Origin: Lama guanicoe
Taxonomy: Eukaryota
Assembly: GCA_013239625.1 (NCBI GenBank)
Contig: MU055549.1
Location: 372,001 to 436,000 of the forward strand
Reading direction: 5' to 3'
Length of the DNA: 64,000 nt
Of this stretch, positions 23,391 through 34,200 are shown one piece after another; within the stretch, counting starts at the first letter, position 1; the number at the start of each line of letters is the position of its first letter. Below the pieces are notes generated by a model. It had not been told where the DNA came from. It saw only the letters and a list, made by a program, of their open reading frames with translations, and ran no database searches. A program made the translations under genes and the position numbers.

Positions 23391-25924
23391 TGGCTACAGT
23401 CTACGTGGCTGACAGGCCACCTGGGTTTTCCCCTGCTTCTCTGCACGGGGGCCTTGGAGAGGTTTCCAGTCTATCGGGGCAGTGCTTCCACCCCCTCGGC
23501 CAGACATCTAGAGCTGCCGTGTCGCAGGGCCACCGCCGCTTTAACCTGACGCCTCCAGAGAGCACGGCCATTTGCAAGGCCTCCGTTGGCAGGTAGGGAC
23601 ACTGAGGCCAGGGGTGGACTCACACAGCACAGCTGTGGTGAGCTGCCACCAGGCCTCAGCTGTGCCACTGTCGGGGCCACTGACCCAGCCTGCCTGCCCC
23701 TGGGGTGGAGAGAGTCAGTGGATCATAACCCAGGGAGCTGCGGTGACTCCCGGGGGTGCAGGCAGTGTGGGAGCAGGGCAGAGACAGGGCTTGGTTCCAC
23801 AGTCCGCCCTCTCTGGAGTGGGCTGGCAGAACCCACCAAGGGTTAAAGGCAGGCACCTTCTAGGGGCAGCAAGCCGCACCCTGAACTGAGCGGACAGCTG
23901 CGGCACCCTCAGCCCCGCCAGGCACGGAGTGCAGGGAGGAGGCGCGGTCCTGAAGGACACCCCTTATCACCAGTCAGCTCCGCGCCAAGCACGTCCTCCC
24001 GGCCAGCAAGTATACTTTCTGTCTCGTGGGCGAGGGAGGGCCAGGCCCAGTCAGTTTTGTGTTCTGGGGGCCACTCTTGGGGTCTTTGGTGCCCAGGGTT
24101 TGGCTGGACCCCGCAGGGGGCCCTGCCCCAGGTGACAGGGATCAGGACACAGTGCCCGGGCCCATGTGGACTCCCAAACATTGGCAGGTGGGAAGGGTTC
24201 CCCGGGTGGGGGTCTGACTGGCGGCCCCGGAGTGGTGGTCAGGACTCCATGGGAGCCTGGCCCCTCATCCACCTCTCTGGCATCCAGCCTCTGTCTGCCC
24301 AGTGGGGACCATCCTCACTGCCTGGGGTGGTGGTTGCACCCAGCCTGTCCTGTCCAGTCAGCTCCTAGAGAAGTCCACCAGGGTCCCCTGGGCAGCTGGG
24401 CGTGGGCATTGCGGCCAGTGTGCAGGGTGGGGCTGCCCTGGGGCCTGAGATCCTGCTCTGGGGTTGGGGTCTGCTCAAAGCGCCGAGGGGCGGTGCGGCA
24501 GCTCGGGCAAGGCAGTCACTTGAGGTGCACCTGCCGGGCAGCAAGCGGGCCTCGAGTCCACCGGCTGGGGCCCTCCTAGGGGAGGAAGCTCCTGGTGGAA
24601 TCTGGCCCTGAGTTCGCATCCGGATCTGCAGTCCAAGCCTCCGAGGGGGCTGAGGGGGCTGAGGGACTGCAACCTGAGGGTGTGGGCACTCCAGGGGCTC
24701 TGGCCGGGGGGGAACCTCCACTGAGGGCCCAGCCCCTCAGCCTCCTCCTCCCTCTGACTAGCTCTACCCGGACACAGACTCTGCCATGCCAGAGCCTGGC
24801 TCCCTGTGGCCTTCAGTCCAGCCCCCTCCCCATAGCCGACCTCCCATACAAACCCCCAGGCTCAGCTGGCAGGGCCCCGGCTGCCCACCCGCCAGGAGCT
24901 CTTTGGCCTCCAACACTGGGGAGGAAGCTGGAGGCAGAGGATTCAGGTGGTGGCATGCAGAACACATGGGAGACCCAGGGGCCGGGCCAGAAAGGCTCAG
25001 CTTCCACCCCTGCCTGTCATGGTCTCTCTATGCCTTTCTGGATTTTAAAAGTGGATTTTAACTAGCAGGCATTGATGTAATAATCAGGAAGAGATGGTTA
25101 AGAAGAACAAGCAGAGAACCCAAAGGTCAGCGCCGTCTAGGACGTCCGCATCATTCCCATCATTTCCTGTCTTTGTCCATCTGCTCCTTCCTGCCCGCTA
25201 CCCACCACCCACTCGAGCGGCCCGAGGTCAAGCGCACAAGTTTGTTTCCCAAAAGCCGAGGGAGGCAGCATTGATGGAGATGGAGGCTCAGGATGGGGCC
25301 CGGGTTGTGGGAAGCAGGACCCTGAGTGGTTCTTCAGAGACCAGAGGCCCGAGGAGACGGTCCTGGAGTTGCCACTGGAGTGGGGGGCCTCCCTCACCAG
25401 CCTGAGACTCAGCAGGTGGCCCCCCAGGGCCTCTGAGCTCTCCAGGGGCTCCTTTTCCACTGAGGGTCCCACCCTGACCCTCCTCAGCTGAGGTTGGGGT
25501 CTGACAGCCCCTTCAGGGGGCATCCAGCCCAGAGGTTGCTCCAGCCCCTCCTGCTTGTCCAGGAGAGCCCCGAGAAGCTGCCCACTGGGGTCTTCATGGC
25601 CCCGCACCCATCACTGGAGGATGAGCTCCTGGCAGGAGCAGGGTCTTGGCCATGGTCCGCCCAACCCGGGATCTGCAGCTTCTCAGTCATACCCTTGGCC
25701 CCAGTGGGCTCAGCCATGGTGGGGGTGTGTCAGGAGGACTGGGCCAGGCCAGCAGGGTCCCTGGTGTGTCCATGGGACGGGTGGTCTCTCTCATCTCGCT
25801 TCCCTCACACGTCCTCCTGTACCCTCCCCAGCCTTTGTCCGTCCAGGAGCCCACCCCTCGGTGGAGGTTTGATACAACAGCCCCCAACCACACACAGGTG
25901 GGGTGAGAGCCCGAGGGGCCGCTG

Positions 25925-25992
25925 CACACACCACACACAGACACACACAGAGACACCCAGACACACAGACACACAGACACATACACGTGCAC
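25925..25992. repeat. imperfect (CA)n/(CAGA)n microsatellite
   Basis: cacacaccacacacagacacacacagagacacccagacacacagac... Confidence 0.85.
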
Positions 25993-26720
25993 CTCAGAGC
26001 CGGCTACAGGGCAAAGGGAGGGAGAGCCAGTGGACTCTCTGGACTCCCCAGTCAAGAAGGGCGAGGTGCAGGCCACCCCTGGAGTGGAGGAGGGCAGAGG
26101 GCTGTGGGTGCTGCATGGGAGGGCCCCCTGGGACCCAGGGGACAGGTGGGGGACCTGATGGTCGATCCGTTTCAGACTCAGGCCACCACCTCTGCCGTTC
26201 CCCACAGGTCAGGAATTTCTGTGAACAGAGTGGTGGGCACGTCCACATGGACCCAGCTGTTTGGTATCCAGCAGGTACTGACTGGGCACCAGTTTCCACA
26301 CATGGGCATGGAGCTGAGCTGTCCTGCCTGGGACCCCTGGGCCTGGGGCACCTGAGCGGGAGAGTGTCTGTGTGTGTCTCTCTGGGAAGCCCTGGGTCTT
26401 TGATCACCGGTCCCCACGGCTGTCTCCCCCGCCTGTCCTGCAGTCTTCCCAGCAGGGCCCTGGGAGCAGAGCTGAACCCACATCAGGCAGTGTAGGCCCG
26501 GAAGGGCTCTCACACCAGATCCTCTGGACTCCTGGGCAGCCCTAGGCCCAGGCAGCCTCCCTGGGGCAGGGGTCCTGGGGCTCCGTGCCTGGGCTACAGG
26601 CTGGAGGCCCTGCCATCCCCCAGCTGGGAGGCGGGCTGGGAGGGGAGAGATGCGGCCCCCGATGCTGCTTCTGCCCCCGCGTGTGCCTTCTGGGCCATGA
26701 CGCAGCAGGAGCGCACTGGG

Positions 26721-26970
26721 AGATAAGCTTGGAGGAGGCTGCGGCCAGCGCTGGCCTGGTCCCAGGTCTCGGCCTGCAGCCCCCAGGCCCCAGGGCCTTG
26801 CTGCCAGCCTGCCCCAGGGCTGAGGCCCAGCACCCTGCTCACAGCAGCTCTTTGTGCCCCAATCTTGCAGGTGCGGGGGTGGCGGGGTCCTTGGCACAGC
26901 GTGGCCCTGGACCACATGTGACAGCCGCTGCTCTGTGCGCCGCCCGCCAAGGCCTCTGTGTGGCATAAAT
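26721..26970 (+). promoter_or_regulatory. candidate miR-202 host-gene promoter (GATA, NR5A1/SF-1-like, SOX-like, CCAAT, TATA-like motifs)
   Basis: AGATAA 26721-26726; GGCCTTG 26794-26800; CTTTGT 26850-26855; CCAAT 26859-26863; CCAAGGCC 26947-26954; CATAAAT 26964-26970. Confidence 0.55.
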
Positions 26971-26994
26971 GCGGCGCACGGCTGGCTGCGGCAG

Positions 26995-27945
26995 AGCTCC
27001 GGGACCTGCACTCGGACTCTCCTCTGCGCTCCCAGGCTCCGCTCGCCCCACAAGCCCCTGAGAACCCGGACACCGAGGCTGACCAGGTAAGGCAGAGGCC
27101 AGGCGCCCTCCCTGCCTCTTCCTCAGGCCGGCTCGGCCCGCCCTGCTCACACCCACAGGCCTCTGTTCCCACAGCCCGTCCCCACGGACCCCGCGGACCC
27201 CGCACGGACCCTCCCGGGACCTGCAGCACGCTGCTCGCTGTTCCTTTTTCCTATGCATATACTTCTTTGAGGGTCGGGCCTAAAGAGGTGTAGGGCATGG
27301 GAAAACGGGGCGGCGAGGTCCTCCCGCCCGCAGAGCCTGCTCCGGCCGCCAACCTGTGTCTGGACCTGCCTCCACATCCCTCACGTAGGATCCGGGACCC
27401 CGAGGCAAGGGGGTCCTGGCCCTCCTTCTCTGGCCAGGGTTGGGGGAGTGGGTAATCTTTGTTTCTGTGTGTGGCCTGGAGCAGTGGACAGCGTGGTCCA
27501 GCCCCACCCACCGGCTGGTCTGCGCCCCCACGTGGTGGGGGGTGCTGTGCAGATCCCAGCTCTGTGGTGACTCTCGCTGGGGACGCCCTGAAGAGTTACA
27601 GAAGGTGCCAGAACAGGAGCTGGGACAGTCCCCTGGGGCCACCGTGGAGCAGGGGTGGGGTGGGGGTGGGTCTGAGTCTGGATGTGGAGCCATGAGGGTC
27701 TGATGTGCCGAAAAGCTAGGGGAGGAGCGACTGTCAGGGGTTGGGGGGGAGCTGCTTCCGACAGCGTCACTGCACTTGTGATGATGAGTCTGAGTGGATT
27801 TTCTGATCAGAAAAACCAATAAAGCTGATTCTGTGTGAACCGCAGCGTGGAAACCTTACAGCTGGCGCCTCCACCATGTGTGCTGCAGCTCGTCTGGGCT
27901 GCTTGGGGGTCACACCGGTGGTCTTGAGGGGACTTAATAAAAAAC
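26995..27945 (+). ncRNA. MIR202HG: probable miR-202 host lncRNA (hairpin intronic; ends approximate)
   Basis: strong donor CCAG|gtaagg at 27086/27087 upstream of the hairpin; AATAAA at 27818-27823 and 27936-27941 downstream. Confidence 0.45.
27240..27306 (+). ncRNA. MIR202: microRNA miR-202 precursor hairpin
   Basis: 5p TTCCTATGCATATACTTCTTTG 27248-27269; 3p AGAGGTGTAGGGCATGGGAA 27284-27303; arms complementary; syntenic position between ADAM8 and VENTX. Confidence 0.96.
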
Positions 27946-30432
27946 ACGTACACATGAGGGAATGAAACAACACAACAGCTGGGGGGCCGGCGGGGGGCTT
28001 TCTGATGACCTTTCTGATGACCAGGGTCAGGGGACCAGGACACGCCCAGGGCATGACAGTGCCCAACACAGCCCGCCCAGCAGCACTGCCTGGGGCCTGG
28101 CCTGCTGCTCTGGGTGGGAGCACCTTGGCCCGGAGCCTGTGGGTCCTAACTCCCTGCTGTAGGAAAAGGGCCAGAGGGAGCCCTGGGAACTGGGAGCTTG
28201 AACAGCGGTTGTCAGGCTCTTCGCCCAGCAAGCAGATCTTCGACAGGTCGACAGGTCGACAGGTCCTTTTAGCAGCGGCAGCCCCAGGCCGGGCTGCACC
28301 TCCTCCAGAGAGCCGCAGCTCCTGCGGAAGGTGACGGAAGGGGATTGGGCCTGCAGCAGGCACGGCAAGCAGGGTGGGCAGCCCCCGAGGCCCTCCCTGC
28401 TCAGGCAGCCGCCCACGCCTGCAATGCCAGAAGGGCGCTGGGGGCTAGCTCTGCTGGTGAGGCTCCCCATGGGACCCCGGAAAGAACTGAAAAGAAGCAG
28501 CTGTCACAACACCCTCAGTGTACGAGCAACAGCAGCACTGATCCAGACACTTGTGTTCCCTGTGGTGGGGAGACAGGTGGGTTGCAGGCACGGCTGGATC
28601 CAGGGAGCCAATGGATCTGCCTTGCTCTGTACCATTATCCTTCTGTTGGCAGCTGCAGGGCATGGTTCCTGGGCCCAGAGAGGGAAACCCCTCAGGGTCA
28701 CTGCCACCTGGCTGGGGCGTGTCCTCCCTGGGTTCTGGACATGTCCTCGCCACAGGGGCAGGGTCCCTTGTGGGCAGCTCCCAGGCAGGGAGATAGGCCT
28801 GGGAGGTTGGGCAGAGAAGTCCTGTGCATCCTGTGTCAGCTCTGGCTCAGCTGAGGGGCAGGAAGAGGCAGCCCGGCGCCAGGATTGGGGCTGGGAGGCC
28901 CTTGGAAATGCCAGGTGACACCCCTACAGGCCATCAGTCCTGGGGGGGACCTTTGACCCACTGATGGTGGGGTGGGATTCCAGGGGCTCCAGGTGAACAA
29001 GCCTGTCCCTCAAGCCTCACCGTGGCCTCCCTGGGGAGGGATCTCCCTCCACCTGCCCCCTTGCCACTTTCAGCAACTGCCAGACTGGGAGCGGGGGCCT
29101 TAATGGCCTGGGAGAGGGATGAGGCCCAGCCTTCCAGCTTCGGAGGCCTGGGTGGTGGGGCGCCTGCGTGCAGCCCCAGCCTCGTGTGCCCTCGTCCTCC
29201 CGGTCCTGGCTCCTGGATGTGGTCCTGGGGGCGGCAGGCCCTTTGCCACCGGGTGCTGCTGAGCTGGGCTGAGGGTGGAGAGTGTCAGATTTTTATTGTC
29301 TTGGGTTGGGGTTGTGGGGCTGGGTCTTTCCCACGCCCCTAAGAGAGGCTTGGGGGGCTGCATCTCTTCAGCAAGTCCACAATTTCCACTCTGCTTGTGG
29401 GGCTGGCGGGGGCGGCCTGGCTGGGAGGGTGGGTCCCTGACCCACACCTTGGGGCTCATAGCCAGGGTGCCAAGGACTGGGTGGCTCACATGCTTGGCCC
29501 TGGGAAGGGGCGGGGCCAGCATCCCAGCCGTCCCGTGCAGCCACTTCGTCTGATGATTTCAGACAGAAAGGTGGGAAGTCCAGCAGGCACCCCGTAAGCC
29601 CCCGGCTGGTTCAGCCGCCCGCATTCTGCAGCGCGTGCTGCACTGTGCTGATCTTGAGCCTTCTGAATGTTTCAGGCACGAGGCCCAGCAGACTGTGGGT
29701 CCTGTTCCCACACAAAGGCAGGCGAGCACCCCAGCGCCACCAGGCAGAGCCCTTGGACCTCACCCCCCTAACTGCCCCTCCTAGCCTGCCCACCCCAGGC
29801 TTCGCAGCTATTTTCCCATCAGGTTCCTCCTCAAGGTCCACCAGGGCAGGCCCCAGCCGGCGTCCACGCTAAGTGCCTAGTTCCTGTAAACTGGGATTTA
29901 GGCTTTTGGCAAGATTTTCATAGGTGATTCTGTTCCACCCTGTCCGTGCTATGAGGTGAAGCTGGCTCTACCGCGCCAGTCAGGCTCAGGGGACCCCATG
30001 CCCCCAGCCTGTCTGGGCAGCAGGAGGGAAGGACGCCCTGGGCTGAGTTTCCCAGAAGTGGGCAGAGGCTGCCGACAAGTGATGCCCAAAGTCCCTGGGG
30101 GGCCGGTTCCCGGGAGTGAGGGTGACCGCACACTCAGAGAATCCCCCGAACCCCTGGGCAATTTGTAAGTAATGGGACAATCTGACATTTGCTCAAGTTT
30201 TTAGGGGCAGAGAAAATCCAGTTTTGTTTTAAGGTTACAATAGATGAAGCCACACAAGCCTGAACAGTATGTGTTTAAGCAAATCCTGAGCTCACAAGAA
30301 ATCCTGAATAAATGGCTCAACAGGACTGTAAAAGCCCCATCTCTCTCACATAACCTGCAGCAGTGATAGGTCAACAACCCCACACGACGTGCTGGGAACG
30401 TGGCCAAAATTCAAAAGCTCTGAGGTGGTGGT

Positions 30433-30556
30433 GGGGAGGGTATAGCTCAGTGGTAGGGCGCATGCTTACCATGCATAAGGTCATGGGTTCAATCCCCAGC
30501 ACCTCTGTTCAGTAAAAAAAAAATCAGTAAATCTAGTTGCTTCCGTCCCCCCAAAT
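30433..30556 (+). mobile_element. camelid-type tRNA-derived SINE
   Basis: GGGGAGGGTATAGCTCAGTGGTAG (A box)...GGTTCAATCCCCAG (B box), A-rich tail. Confidence 0.85.
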
Positions 30557-31462
30557 TCGAAAGCTTCAAACCAGCCCCTGCCCTGCCTCTGGCTCTGTTC
30601 TCAGACACCCAGACTCTGCTCCTCGGATGGAGAATTTCTGCGTAGAACCCTCCCTCCACAGTGGGCGGGAGGGAGCCTTCAGGGTGCCCCTCCTCCCTGA
30701 CAGGCCTCAGGGCACACACCCTCCCCAGCTGTGCCCCAAGTTTCCCTGTCACAGCCCCTTCCCCGCCACCTGCCTCCGTCCTCAACCCACCTGCTCTTCC
30801 CTGCAAAGCGTGCTTCCTATCTGCACACCTGGGTTCTCTGAACTGGCCTTTTGCGGTGGGTCCCCCAGCACCCCCACCCTGCTCACCAGTCACCCACGTG
30901 GCACAGACGCCCTTGGGATGCCGTGGATGACGGTGGGCATCTGAACTCGGTGCGCACCATCGGAACCCTCCAACAGGTTTGCACTGGTGGGCCTCCTCCT
31001 TCCGGTGACGACGGCACTGCCTCGGGGAGCCTCAGGGAGGGGCCCACTCTCTCCCGCTCCTGGGCATTTGCGGACTTGATGCCGGAGCCTCCTGCTCTCT
31101 GCTGGGGCTGCTGCACCGAGGCAGGCACAGAGGCTCTGCCCTGCAGGTGAGGACAGCTCGGGGTGTGGGGGGTTTCCGGCTCCCCGAGCCTTTCTTCACC
31201 AAGGGAGGGGGCAAGACAGCATGGACGGGATGCAGTCCCTGGCTCGCATGTGCTCCGGAGAAACGGGGAGGTGACCGTCACCACCGGGGTGTAGCTTCTC
31301 AGAGGCAAACTGATCATCTCTGTCCCTTTCTGGTTTCTAGCTTCGGGGTCATTGTTAACACGGAACTCAAACCCCAGATGCCTTCACTGCTCCCCCCAGT
31401 CCTGTCAGGTTTCATTTTCATACACAAAGCCTATAAGCATATAGCGTAAGACAGACTCCACC

Positions 31463-31468
31463 TTTATT
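31463..31468 (-). terminator. VENTX polyadenylation signal (candidate)
   Basis: AATAAA on the minus strand ~365 nt beyond the ancestral stop. Confidence 0.6.
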
Positions 31469-31896
31469 TTTTCCAACTGGAAAGCCAGTTTTCCAGCCCC
31501 TTGAGCTGAGTAAGTTACCCTTTGTTGTGTGGGAGCCCAACGCGGCACAGCGCGCTTGGCTTCCGACTGTTTGCCGACCCAACATTTTCCACGCCAACCC
31601 TTCAGCACTTTTCAGAGGGGAATAGGCTTCAGAATGTCTTCAGCTATAAATCCCCAGTCTTAGGCGGGGCCAATTGCAGGCCCCACCGCTGGGGGGGCAC
31701 AGGCCCACGCCAGGACATCACAGTGGTGTAAATACAGACCAGGCTGTCTCTCCAGGCAGATGCCAGGTACCGCTGCGCACACCCAGCACATCTGATACAC
31801 CGCAGCCCTGGGCGTCAGCTGCCTCCCTTCCTCAAAAGGCATCCCCAGTCGCTGGTGGGGCGCACAGGCCCCAGGCTCCCCTGGACAAAGCTGGGC

Positions 31897-32205
31897 TCAG
31901 TGTGTGCACCCAGCCCCCAGTGTCCGGGAGGCAGCACACCGGAGGCAGCACACTGGAGGCTGCCTGCTGCATGAGGCCCACACTGAAGCCAGGGAGGCTG
32001 GTTTCACCCCTCGGGGACACCAGAAAGAGCCCAGAGGCTGGACCAGAGCTGGGGGCCCAGGCAAGGAGGCCCAAGGGCAAAGCAGCTGCAGGCGGCTGTG
32101 CAGGGCAGGGGGTGGGTGGAGGGGTGCGGAGAAGGGTGGACTCAGCTGGGAGTCCTGCAGCTGGCGCTTGTGCTTCATTCGGCGGTTCTGAAACCAGGTC
32201 TTTAC
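31897..32205 (-). CDS. VENTX: VENTX exon 3 (recognition helix and C-terminus)
   Basis: ccacag|VKTWFQNRRMKHKRQLQD...LQLLCPWA...; stop TGA 31897-31899 follows the 14-nt duplication. Confidence 0.88.
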   Translation of the reverse strand, partial: VKTWFQNRRMKHKRQLQDSQLSPPFSAPLHPPPALHSRLQLLCPWASLPGPPALVQPLGSFWCPRGVKPASLASVWASCSRQPPVCCLRCAASRTLGAGCTH

Positions 32206-33875
32206 CTGTGGGGAAAGTGAGATCAGAGAGGGGGCGGCCACAGGCCACCACCCTGCCTGCCGGCCACCTCACCTGCACTTCGGAGAGCTGCATCTCCTGG
32301 GCCAGCCGCCGGCGCTCCAGGGGCCCCAGGTAGCGGCGGTGCTGGAAGGAGCTCTCCAGGGCGCTGACCTGCTCCACCGTGAAGGCCGTGCGCATGCGGG
32401 GAGCCCGCGTGCCGTCCGCCTCCTTGCTCGGCCCTGAGGGGGACAGAAGGGCACCCAATCCATTTGGCTGGAAGTGCTGCCCGGTGGGAGAAGTGGGGAC
32501 AGGCTTCGTGCTTGTGGATGGTAGCTGGGGCCTCGGGGAGAGCAGCCCCCCCGCCCCCGCCTCTCTCCGGAGAACAGCCCATCCTGCTCCGCCGTCCTGC
32601 TGGGTCAAGGAGAGCCACTCCCCCTCCAGCTCAAGTGTGGAATGGGGCCCAGAAACGTGGACGTTGGCAAGAAGACAACAGAGCGGACAGCAATTCTGAC
32701 GCCGGCCCCTCACCCTCTGCCTGGGATGCGCAGTCCCTTCCAGAAAGCAGTGTGTTTTGCCTGCAGACAAGGAACTCCCACTCGCTGGGTGGGGTGGGTG
32801 GCCATGGGGGCCGAAGCCCACCCCAGGCAGAGGCCCAAAATCCTCGGAAAGCCTTCTCACGAGTTCTGCCTCGGGTGTACCCGTCCCTGAGACCCAGGCT
32901 CTGTCACCACCAGCCGTGTGTCTCAGGCAGGCCTGTTCTCCTAATAGCTCAGTCAGGACATGCAGGGAGCACTAGCGCCCCCCAGGAGGCGACGAAGTCC
33001 CCATGGTCATCATTTAAACTTTTTCTTAAAATAAAAACTTACAGATAATATCAACCCCACTTTTGGCCACTTGAAACCTAAAAACAGCCATTAACTCACA
33101 AGGACTGAAAGACAGACTAAGAACGTCTTAGCCAACGACAAAGGGTTCCATCGAGTCTGGAAACCACAGGAGAGCAAATGGCATCCAGGCCGTGGCTGCC
33201 CTTAAGCAAGCCTGCAGGCCCCCCATCAGCCGGTGAACCGGCCGCAGTCTAGATGGCAAAGGAGGGCGCCAGCTTCGCAGGCAGGGCCCAAGACCCCTCT
33301 GAATGAGCTGGTGAGACGCACTTCCCCACGGCCCTCTTGCAGAGGTGCACCCCACGGGCTCATCTCAGAGCCTGAGTCACAGGCACCAAGTGCTAGTGTA
33401 GGCGCAGTGGCTCACTGCGCCGGTGGGCCGGCCCCAGGAGGCCCGGGGGCTGAGCAAGGAAGGCCCCCGTTGTAGCCTTTGCTTCCCAGGGGAAGCGTTC
33501 ACTTGCAGGAGGTGTCAGACTCCACCCTAAGCCTCAGCCTTGGCAAGAATGTCCCTCTGATGACCAGGGTACACGGATGTGGCCGGGGTGTGACCCTCTT
33601 TCTGACCCCCCTCCCGGACTCCCATCCCCACACCTACCAGCTGCGGGCGTCCCCGGTGCAGACACTTCTGAGAGCTTCACCTCCTCCATGTCCACAGTCT
33701 GGTGGGGCTCCCCTCTGCAGTACACCTGGGCTGAGGCAGACAGGCTCCCCCAGGAGACTTCGGCAGGCCTGGAGGTGTGCGCCGGCCCTGTGTGGCTGCT
33801 CTGGGAGAGCCAGTCCACTGAGCCAAAGCTGGAGGTCCGCTTGCAGCCACCAGGTAGGGCGGAGGATGGAGGCAT
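31897..33875 (-). CDS. VENTX: VENT homeobox (NK-like homeodomain), 3 exons, 235 aa as read; C-terminus frameshifted (ancestral stop at 31832-31834)
   Basis: exons 33638-33875, 32273-32433, 31897-32205 sum to 708 nt; SSFGSVDWLSQSS N-terminal motif; homeodomain RMRTAFTVEQVSALESSFQHRRYLGPLERRRLAQEMQLSEVQVKTWFQNRRMKHKRQ. Confidence 0.93.
32273..32433 (-). CDS. VENTX: VENTX exon 2 (homeodomain helices 1-2)
   Basis: cctcag|PSKEADGTRAPRMRTAFT...QLSEVQ|gtgagg. Confidence 0.95.
33638..33875 (-). CDS. VENTX: VENTX exon 1
   Basis: ATG at 33875, MPPSSALPGGCKRTSSFGSVDWLSQSS...PAA(G)|gtaggt. Confidence 0.9.
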
Positions 33876-34030
33876 GGCTGGGTAGTTCCTCTGGACAGAT
33901 GGTGGGGGCCTGGCCGGAATCCTCTGCAAGACAGATGATGGGGGCTGGGAACAGGGTCCGCAGTCTGTCAGGTGGGGCAGGGCCAAGCTGAGCATAGGGT
34001 CTGCCTCAGGTTTGGCAGGGCTGGGCTGCA

Positions 34031-34200
34031 CTTATAAGCTCAGGAGGAGGTGGGTGGGTGGAGGCGGGTTTTCGTAGATGGCCCAAATTTCTACCCCTCT
34101 AGATAAGTAGCACCTAATTGCCTTCAATTCAGAAGCACAAAGGAGGCCATTCACACCTCCCCGGCTCCAAGATGTCTGAGGGAAGGGCGGGGCTGTGGTC
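34031..34200 (-). promoter_or_regulatory. VENTX proximal promoter: TATA, GATA, homeodomain site, T-box site, BMP-responsive element, GC box
   Basis: CTTATAAG 34031-34038; AGATAA 34101-34106; CTAATTG 34114-34120; TCACACCT 34151-34158; GGCTCC-aagat-GTCTG 34163-34178; GGGCGGGG 34185-34192. Confidence 0.7.

Noticed and set aside
25494-27258. 333-aa (+) and 291-aa (-) ORFs upstream of miR-202
   Set aside because: No domain or exon structure; the + ORF runs through a CA microsatellite; composition is typical of GC-rich non-coding DNA.
27652-27670. G-quadruplex motif GGGGTGGGGTGGGGGTGGG
   Set aside because: Such motifs are abundant throughout this GC-rich window; nothing singles this one out.
30433-30505. 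tRNA gene
   Set aside because: A/B boxes are present, but the 3' end runs into a SINE-type tail and related decayed copies occur in the window, so it is called as a SINE.
31832-32860. 342-aa ORF as a single-exon homeobox gene
   Set aside because: It joins intron 1, exon 2, intron 2 and an off-frame exon 3, and lacks WFQNRR. The spliced three-exon VENTX model explains the region better.
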